A stretch of DNA of 4,534 nt. Origin: a virus. Lineage: Duplodnaviria > Heunggongvirae > Uroviricota > Caudoviricetes. The notes under the pieces are model-generated. The model saw nothing but the letters and a program-made list of their open reading frames with translations, did no database searches and had not been told where the DNA came from. Position numbers and translations under genes: made by a program. How positions within the stretch are numbered: position 1 is the first letter of the stretch; every line of letters starts with the position of its first letter. Shown piece after piece: positions 1-4,534 of this stretch. Location: the IMG/VR virus record IMGVR_UViG_2778261035_000003; one strand, written 5' to 3'.

Positions 1-104
1 AGTGGATTGTCCCCTTTAACGTCCCCAGACCGCTAACGACGCATGTGCCATACGCCGTGTTACAACCAAATTTTGTTAGTACCTTGTTTGTTTGTCTGGA
101 AAGA

Positions 105-158
105 AAGATAAAATGAAGTTGCGCATTATGCAAGTGTTTTTGTTGCGAGATATGCAAT
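105..158 (-). promoter_or_regulatory. Candidate distal operator pair (OL-like) with possible leftward promoter
   Basis: Seen in sequence: two 15-bp sites of form TTGC-N7-GCAA, TTGCGCATTATGCAA (119-133) and TTGCGAGATATGCAA (144-158), matching the TTGCGCGTTAAGCAA site in the repressor/cro intergenic region (926-940). On the minus strand a -35-like TTGCAT (plus 133-128), 17-bp spacer and -10-like TATCTT (plus 110-105) would drive leftward transcription. Promoter assignment is inference. Confidence 0.3.
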
Positions 159-170
159 TTAAAGGGTAAT

Positions 171-192
171 GAAAAGCCACCTTTGGGTGGCT
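171..192 (-). terminator. Putative intrinsic terminator downstream of the repressor gene
   Basis: Seen in sequence: plus-strand GCCACC(176-181)-TTTG-GGTGGC(186-191), optionally extended by an A175:T192 pair. Read on the minus strand this is GCCACC-CAAA-GGTGGC followed by TTTTCATT, about 20 nt past the repressor stop (213-215). The stem is short (6-7 bp) but GC-rich. Confidence 0.45.
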
Positions 193-212
193 AATTGATG
201 AGGAGGTAAGGG

Positions 213-905
213 TTAATTGTGTCGCTTAAGGGTTTGTGACTGGCTGATTAAGACCTTTCCAAAGACCATAAACCGGTGTTCATTTTCGCTGGTAATTCCC
301 CATTCACGGTAAATCTGGTTATCAGAAATCACCAGTAGTTTGTCAGGTATCATTTGCAGTCGTTTGACATAAATTTTATCATCAAAACCAAATACATAGA
401 TACCATCTCCATCAAACTGATTGATACTGACATCAACGAAGATGAGATCTCCTGGCTCAATGGTTGGACACATACTGTCCCCACGAACGTTGATAACTTT
501 AATGTGATTGGCTGGCCGTCCGCCAAACATCGATACAGCATTATCAGTTCTGTATTCAATGGCATGAATCACATCAATGACATCACCGCCCTGGATAAGG
601 CCATTTCCCGCACTGGCACTGACATCCAGCATTTCAATACGGAATACATCCTTCACCTGCGCAACATCCTCACTAATACTGTTTTTACATACAGTATTAC
701 TTTTGACGTCTGAGGTAAAGAGATCAGCAATATCAACACCTAAGCTCCTGGCAATATTACTCAGGGCTTGTTCAGTGAATTGTTTCTGCTTACCTGTTTC
801 CAGGCGTGAGATATTCGCCGCATCCACTCCTATTGCTTCAGCGAGATCGGCGATTTTCATGTTCTTCGCCTGGCGAAGTTGTCTGACTCGGTTTCCTATG
901 TTCAT
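213..905 (-). CDS. CI-like prophage repressor: N-terminal HTH_XRE domain plus C-terminal S24 (LexA-like) autopeptidase domain
   Basis: 230-aa ORF. N-terminus has a classic HTH (KIADLAEAIGVDAANISRLETGK). C-terminal domain has the Ser-Lys dyad in the GDSM (Ser144) and VKRL (Lys181) contexts, 37 residues apart as in LexA. A candidate Ala-Gly cleavage site lies in the linker (SASAGNG, about residues 99-100). The gene is divergent from a Cro-like gene. Confidence 0.9.
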   Translation of the reverse strand: MNIGNRVRQLRQAKNMKIADLAEAIGVDAANISRLETGKQKQFTEQALSNIARSLGVDIADLFTSDVKSNTVCKNSISEDVAQVKDVFRIEMLDVSASAGNGLIQGGDVIDVIHAIEYRTDNAVSMFGGRPANHIKVINVRGDSMCPTIEPGDLIFVDVSINQFDGDGIYVFGFDDKIYVKRLQMIPDKLLVISDNQIYREWGITSENEHRFMVFGKVLISQSQTLKRHN

Positions 906-1002
906 GCGTTTATTACATTTCTTTATTGCGCGTTAAGCAAATCAACTTGCGCAAAATATTTGCGTGAAATAATATGCTCATCACGCAATATGTGGAGGTC
1001 AT
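906..1002. promoter_or_regulatory. Divergent immunity control region (OR-like operators with PRM-like and PR-like promoters)
   Basis: Seen in sequence: operator-like motifs TTGCGCGTTAAGCAA (926-940), palindrome TTGCGCAA (947-954), and inverted repeat TTGCGTGA (960-967) / TCACGCAA (981-988). Candidate rightward promoter: -35 TTGCGC (947-952), 17-bp spacer, -10 TAATAT (970-975), then SD GGAGG (994-998) before the cro ATG at 1003. Candidate leftward promoter: -35 TTGCTT (plus 940-935), -10 TGTAAT (plus 917-912), placing the start at or next to the repressor ATG (leaderless), with no SD upstream. Confidence 0.6.
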
Positions 1003-1263
1003 ATGCAATCACCATTACGGAATGTGCGTAAGGCGCACGGATTTACTTTGCAGCATGTTGCTGCTGGCGTTCAGGTCAATCCAGCGACGCTGAGTCGTAT
1101 TGAAAGACTGGAACAAATTCCATCTATCGATCTTGCAGAACGTCTGGCCAATTTTTTTAAGGGTGAAATCAGCGAAATGCAGATTCTTTATCCGGCACGT
1201 TTTCAATCTAGCCAAAACCAGAATGGGTTTAAACCACAGGAACAGGAGGTAAGCCGTGGGTAA
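1003..1263 (+). CDS. Cro-like HTH_XRE transcriptional regulator
   Basis: 86-aa ORF divergent from the repressor. HTH motif FTLQHVAAGVQVNPATLSRIE. SD GGAGG lies 4 nt upstream of the ATG. First gene of the rightward operon. Confidence 0.85.
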   Translation: MQSPLRNVRKAHGFTLQHVAAGVQVNPATLSRIERLEQIPSIDLAERLANFFKGEISEMQILYPARFQSSQNQNGFKPQEQEVSRG

Positions 1264-1807
1264 GCATCATTGGAAAGTGGAAAAACAACCTGAGTGGTAC
1301 GTGAAAGCTGTCAGAAAAACTATCGCGGCATTGCCTGGGGGTTACGCTGAAGCTGCTGACTGGCTGGATGTAACAGAGAACGCTTTATTCAACCGCCTTC
1401 GTGCAGATGGCGATCAGATTTTCCCGTTGGGATGGGCAATGGTTTTACAGCGTGCTGCTGGCAATCACCACATTGCGGATGCTGTCGCACAGTCTGCTGG
1501 TGGGGTGTTTGTATCACTTCCTGAAATTGAGGAAGTAGAGAACGCCGATATCAACCAGCGCCTGCTGGAGGTCATTGAACAGATCGGCAGTTATTCAAAA
1601 CAGATTCGTTCAGCAATTGAAGACGGGGTGGTGGAACCACACGAGCAGGCAGCAATTAACGACGAGCTGTACATGTCAATTTCGAAGCTGCAGGAGCATG
1701 CAGCACTGGTCTACAAAATCTTTTGCGCTCCAGAAAAGAGTGACGCCCGCGAGTGTGCAGCTCCGGGCGCCGTGGCGTTTTGTGTCTGTGGAGAAACTAA
1801 CGCATGA
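1256..1807 (+). CDS. Phage CII-like regulatory protein (CP76 / YmfL-like family), GTG start
   Basis: 183-aa ORF with GTG start at 1256 preceded by SD GGAGG (1245-1249, 6-nt spacer). It overlaps the cro stop by 8 nt, consistent with translational coupling. Position directly after cro and the central and C-terminal sequence character (LPEIEEV...LLEVIEQIGSYSKQI) resemble phage 186 CII-type regulators. Family assignment is from memory, not a search. Confidence 0.75.
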   Translation: MGKHHWKVEKQPEWYVKAVRKTIAALPGGYAEAADWLDVTENALFNRLRADGDQIFPLGWAMVLQRAAGNHHIADAVAQSAGGVFVSLPEIEEVENADINQRLLEVIEQIGSYSKQIRSAIEDGVVEPHEQAAINDELYMSISKLQEHAALVYKIFCAPEKSDARECAAPGAVAFCVCGETNA

Positions 1808-2952
1808 ACAGTTTAACGGCAAATAACCGTTTGCCGCAACAGCTGGTGGTCAGCGTGGCTGAACACCTGTTGTTACGGCATGAATGCAGATTATCAAATC
1901 ACCTGGCTGTAAGTAACCACAGAGAACTTTACCTGACTGTGGGGGGCGAGTTGTGCAGGAACTTAACTGCTGGTTTCGTGACGGAAGAGGGCTTTATGTC
2001 CATGTTATTCGTTGGGAGCCAGAAACACAGCGCGTTATCTATCTTCGCAAAGACTACCCGCATGAGTGCTTTAGTCCTTTGTGGAAATTCAGGCGTGATT
2101 TTGTTGAGTGCGAAGAACCACCAGCACATTGATTCTGTCATTCCGGGACGTTACACTGTTCAGGCACCTTATAAAGCGGGTGCCGGGATTGGCGTCCTGG
2201 AAATGTTATCGGCGATATATGACGCGCCAGCGTCTTTTTTATCGTCTGCGTCTGCGCACACCCAAATTATGGTGGGCTGGACGGGGGCACCGAAAGGTGC
2301 GCCGGTTTCCGATAACGCCGGTTACGCCAACCCCGTTCAGTTCACCACCAGCGAAATTGGCGTTTCCGGTGGTGAAGGTAATTCACTGTTATCGGAGGCT
2401 GCCATCATGGCTACGATCCCTGCCTTAGTACAACCTGAACTTTGCATTATTGCAGGCAAAGTTGTTACTTCTTCTCTGGCTGTTGCTAGTTATTTCGGCA
2501 AACAACACAAAAACGTAATTCAAAAAATTGCGTCTCTTGAATGCTCTGCCGAATTTACAGAGCTGAATTTTCAGCCCAGTGAGTACATCGACGCATCAGG
2601 CCGCAAACTACCTTGCTATCAAATAACCCACGACGGCTTTGCGTTTCTTGCTATGGGTTTCACGGGTAAACGTGCTGCCCAGTTCAAAGAGGCATACATC
2701 TATGCCTTTAACCAGATGGAGAAACAGCTTTCAAATCCCTCTGTACCGAGCGACGTTGCACATAACGCCAGCGTTCTCTGTTCCTACATTTCATCAATTC
2801 ATCAGGTCTGGCTGCAGCAGCTTTATCCTATGTTGGCAAAAGCCGAATCTCCGCTGGCTGTTAGCTTGTATGACTATATTAATGATGCTTCGGCACTGGC
2901 CTGCCTCATAAATTTGTCGCTGAACCCTTCAGAGGTAAGGGGGCGCAAATGA
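1804..2952 (+). CDS. 382-aa ORF: N-terminal region of unknown function fused in frame to a C-terminal Rha-family (Phage_pRha) regulatory domain; possible internal start at 2407
   Basis: Frame is open for 1149 nt with GC-rich third positions throughout. Start ATG 1804 overlaps the upstream stop (ATGA). Residues about 205-300 (IIAGKVVTSSLAVASYFGKQHKNVIQKIASLECSAEFTELNFQ...YQITHDGFAFLAMGFTGKRAAQFKEAYIYAFNQMEKQL) match the Rha domain. A strong internal RBS GGAGG (2394-2398) sits 8 nt upstream of in-frame ATG 2407, which would give a 181-aa protein with the usual N-terminal Rha placement. Confidence 0.6.
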   Translation: MNSLTANNRLPQQLVVSVAEHLLLRHECRLSNHLAVSNHRELYLTVGGELCRNLTAGFVTEEGFMSMLFVGSQKHSALSIFAKTTRMSALVLCGNSGVILLSAKNHQHIDSVIPGRYTVQAPYKAGAGIGVLEMLSAIYDAPASFLSSASAHTQIMVGWTGAPKGAPVSDNAGYANPVQFTTSEIGVSGGEGNSLLSEAAIMATIPALVQPELCIIAGKVVTSSLAVASYFGKQHKNVIQKIASLECSAEFTELNFQPSEYIDASGRKLPCYQITHDGFAFLAMGFTGKRAAQFKEAYIYAFNQMEKQLSNPSVPSDVAHNASVLCSYISSIHQVWLQQLYPMLAKAESPLAVSLYDYINDASALACLINLSLNPSEVRGRK

Positions 2953-3173
2953 TCCGGAATATTTTCAAACTGTTTACCAATCAGACTTTCCGTTGTCCTC
3001 GTCCGGGTCAGTGGTACACCACGCCTGCAGGGCATGTTCTACGTGTTAGCTTGGTGGACCGTGAATGTCAGAAGGTGATTTGTGAACCGCTGGGCCGTAA
3101 TTACCGCGTCAGTATGCCGCTTATAGCCTTTCGCTCCGGAAAAAACATGAAGCATCTCGGAGGTGCAGCATGA
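2949..3173 (+). CDS. Hypothetical small protein (74 aa), unknown function
   Basis: ATG 2949 overlaps the upstream stop (ATGA). SD-like GAGGTAAGGGGG (2932-2943) lies upstream. Codon usage is consistent with neighbouring genes. Three Cys residues but no recognised motif. Confidence 0.6.
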   Translation: MIRNIFKLFTNQTFRCPRPGQWYTTPAGHVLRVSLVDRECQKVICEPLGRNYRVSMPLIAFRSGKNMKHLGGAA

Positions 3174-3988
3174 GTATGGAGCTGATGGTTAAAGCGATGA
3201 AAATTCGAGTGGGTAATCCATTGCGAAAACTGGTTCTGATCAAGCTGGCTGATAATGCCAGCGATCAGGGGGAGTGCTGGCCCAGCTACCAGCATATTGC
3301 TGACCAGTGCGAGATTAGCAAACGTTCTGTGATGAATCATATTGCGGCCCTTTGTGAGTCCGGGCTGGTAAAAAAAGTCACCCGGAAAGGCGAAAAAGGT
3401 AACTCAAGTAATATCTATCTTCTTCATCTTGATGGTGCAGGAGATTCACTAGGGGGTAGTGCAAATAATTCACTATCTGGTGCAGCAAATTCACCAGGTA
3501 GTGCAGGAGTTACACCAGGGGGTAGTGCAGGAGATTCACCCAGAACCAGTCACTCTTTTGAACCAGTCAATGAACCAGTCAATGAACCAATAGCTGTTGG
3601 TGCATCTGCTGATGAGTCTGTGCGAGTTCGTTCAAACCGACCGGAATACTCTCCGGAGTTTGAGCAGGCATGGCTGGCATATCCCAAACGTGCTGGTGGC
3701 AATTCAAAATCAGCGGCCTTCAAAGCCTGGAAAGCCCGTTTGAACGAGGGGGTAAACCCCGAAACCATGCTGGAAGGTGTGAAACGCTACGCGGGCTGGG
3801 TATCTGCGATGGGTAACAGCGGCACACAATTTGTGAAACAGGCTGTCACGTTCTTTGGTCCGGATCGTCATTTCGAAGAATCCTGGGAAGTTCCTGCGGT
3901 ATCGGCAGCCAGATGCGAAGACCCGTACTTCAAAGCCAGTTACAACAATGTGGACTATAGCCAGATCCCGGCAGGGTTCAGGGGGTGA
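3170..3988 (+). CDS. Putative phage replication initiation / replisome-organiser protein (N-terminal winged-helix HTH_36-like domain, Gly/Ser-rich linker, C-terminal DnaT-like region)
   Basis: 272-aa ORF. ATG 3170 overlaps the upstream stop (ATGA) with SD GGAGG (3159-3163). N-terminus (LRKLVLIKLADNASDQGECWPSYQHIADQCEISKRSVMNHIAALCESGLVKKV) matches the HTH domain typical of phage replication initiators. The central low-complexity linker is encoded by iteron-like DNA repeats. The C-terminal assignment (FEQAWLAYPKR...KAWKAR) is from memory and less certain. Confidence 0.8.
   Translation: MSMELMVKAMKIRVGNPLRKLVLIKLADNASDQGECWPSYQHIADQCEISKRSVMNHIAALCESGLVKKVTRKGEKGNSSNIYLLHLDGAGDSLGGSANNSLSGAANSPGSAGVTPGGSAGDSPRTSHSFEPVNEPVNEPIAVGASADESVRVRSNRPEYSPEFEQAWLAYPKRAGGNSKSAAFKAWKARLNEGVNPETMLEGVKRYAGWVSAMGNSGTQFVKQAVTFFGPDRHFEESWEVPAVSAARCEDPYFKASYNNVDYSQIPAGFRG
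3435..3539. repeat. Iteron-like array: five quasi-palindromic 15-bp cores GTGCA-N5-TTCAC at 21-24 bp spacing (candidate origin of replication)
   Basis: Seen in sequence: cores at 3435-3449 GTGCAGGAGATTCAC, 3459-3473 GTGCAAATAATTCAC, 3480-3494 GTGCAGCAAATTCAC, 3501-3515 GTGCAGGAGTTACAC, 3525-3539 GTGCAGGAGATTCAC. They lie inside the replication gene's linker-coding region, and local codon choice is atypical (gga, tca, cta, agt, aga, ata), suggesting a DNA-level constraint. Function as an origin is inferred by analogy with lambda ori inside gene O. Confidence 0.4.
3543..3590. repeat. Direct repeats of GAACCA(GTCA): four copies, the last three forming a 12-bp tandem GAACCAGTCAAT x2.6
   Basis: Seen in sequence: copies starting at 3543, 3560, 3572 and 3584. 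They encode EPVNEPVNEP in the replication protein and sit immediately downstream of the iteron-like array. Confidence 0.7.
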
Positions 3989-4470
3989 TCATGAGCCTGA
4001 TGAGTGAGATTCAAAAATTCATTGAAAGCAATCCTGGATGTACGACCGGTGATATTGCGAACGCGTTTGCATACTTTCCACGTCCCCGTGTACTGAATAC
4101 GACCAGTAAGTTACGCCAGTGCAGACGTGTCGCTTATCGTAGTGAAGGCAAAACACACCGGCATTTTTCTCGCAAGGCTGTGTTGCCACCTGAGCCGGTG
4201 CTGAAGCATATGAGTGTGGCCAGTAAAAGCTACGTCGGCACTAATGATCAGCGGGTGATTTTGCGCCTGATTCAGCAGGCAGAAGATCTGGAGTCAAGAG
4301 GTTTATTTCGTCGTGCTGCAACGGTGTGGATGGCGGCATTCCGTGAAAGCCACTCCCAGCCAGAACGAAACAATTTTCTGGCACGTCGTGAGCGGTGCTT
4401 ACGGAAAAGCAGCAAGCGCGCTGCATCGGGTGAAGAGTGGTATCTGTCAGGGAATTTCGTGGGGGCTTAA
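3985..4470 (+). CDS. PerC-family-like transcriptional regulator (prophage-encoded, YfdN-like)
   Basis: 161-aa ORF. The C-terminal motif AEDLESRGLFRRAATVWMAAF resembles the conserved LE..G.WRRAA..W core of PerC/Pch regulators (recalled, not searched). Start is either GTG 3985, overlapping the upstream stop, or ATG 3991 preceded by GGGGG (3981-3985); the ATG may be the true start. Confidence 0.65.
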   Translation: MIMSLMSEIQKFIESNPGCTTGDIANAFAYFPRPRVLNTTSKLRQCRRVAYRSEGKTHRHFSRKAVLPPEPVLKHMSVASKSYVGTNDQRVILRLIQQAEDLESRGLFRRAATVWMAAFRESHSQPERNNFLARRERCLRKSSKRAASGEEWYLSGNFVGA

Positions 4471-4534
4471 TGAGTAATAAATATTGCCAGGCGCTGGTGG
4501 AACTGCGGAACAAACCAGCCCATGAACTGAAGGA
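4470..4534 (+). CDS. 5' end of a downstream gene (partial; product unknown)
   Basis: ATG 4470 overlaps the upstream TAA by 1 nt (TAATG). GGGGG (4461-4465) lies 4 nt upstream. The frame is open to the window end (MSNKYCQALVELRNKPAHELK...) with GC-rich third positions like the neighbouring genes. Confidence 0.45.
   Translation, partial: MSNKYCQALVELRNKPAHELK

Noticed and set aside
1-100. Search for nutL-like boxA/boxB, an attachment site or a tRNA in the leftmost 100 bp, including the GTCCCC direct repeat at 9-14 and 21-26
   Set aside because: No convincing boxB hairpin, boxA consensus or tRNA-like structure was found. The repeats are short and could occur by chance, and the window edge truncates the context.
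196-212. Strong SD-like GAGGAGGTAAGG on the plus strand
   Set aside because: No meaningful ORF follows; the only downstream start gives a 6-codon peptide. It lies across the 3' end of the repressor region and is probably fortuitous.
354-936. Plus-strand ORFs 354..713 and 577..936, and minus-strand ORF 350..565
   Set aside because: They lie antisense to or out of frame with the well-supported repressor CDS (213..905), and have no RBS and no domain signal. Most likely shadow ORFs.
1015-1215. Minus-strand 66-aa ORF antisense to cro
   Set aside because: Fully inside the Cro-like gene on the opposite strand, with no start context. Most likely a shadow ORF.
1953-2132. Small frame-shifted ORF (about 59 aa from a GTG, ...LYVHVIRWEPETQRVIYLRKDYPHECFSPLWKF...) overlapping the 5' part of the 382-aa ORF, below the track's length cutoff
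   Set aside because: The peptide looks protein-like, but its third codon positions are T-rich, whereas the overlapping frame has the GC-rich third positions seen in neighbouring genes. Without comparative data I judge the long frame to be the coding one. A frameshifted ancestral gene cannot be excluded and would be resolved by alignment to homologous prophages.
1575-2911. Out-of-frame plus-strand ORFs 1575..1826, 2108..2428 and 2639..2911
   Set aside because: Each is embedded in a longer, better-supported frame. Translations are Arg/Ser/Cys-rich and low-complexity, typical of off-frame reading of GC-rich third-position coding sequence.
1929-4513. Minus-strand ORFs 1929..2141, 3101..3340, 3550..3768 and 4241..4513
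   Set aside because: All lie antisense to the contiguous, translationally coupled plus-strand operon. They have no RBS and their composition is consistent with shadow ORFs.

Overview
This window reads as the immunity and early-replication region of a lambdoid (e14/HK-like) enterobacterial prophage. Everything below comes from manual reading of the sequence and the supplied ORF track; no database search was run. On the minus strand there is a CI-like repressor (213..905) with an N-terminal XRE helix-turn-helix and a C-terminal LexA-type S24 autopeptidase domain, followed by a hairpin terminator. A 97-bp divergent control region (906..1002) carries TTGCG/CGCAA operator-like motifs and candidate back-to-back promoters. 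On the plus strand a tightly coupled early operon follows: Cro-like HTH protein (1003..1263), CII-like regulator (1256..1807), a 382-aa ORF whose C-terminal half is a Rha-family domain (1804..2952), a 74-aa unknown ORF (2949..3173), a replication-initiator-like protein (3170..3988), a PerC-like regulator (3985..4470), and the start of another gene (4470..). The observations most worth follow-up are an iteron-like repeat array inside the replication gene (candidate origin), a second cluster of operator-like sites about 770 bp from the main operator, and the unusual architecture of the Rha-domain ORF. I see no defence system, CRISPR array, RNA gene or transposase in this window.
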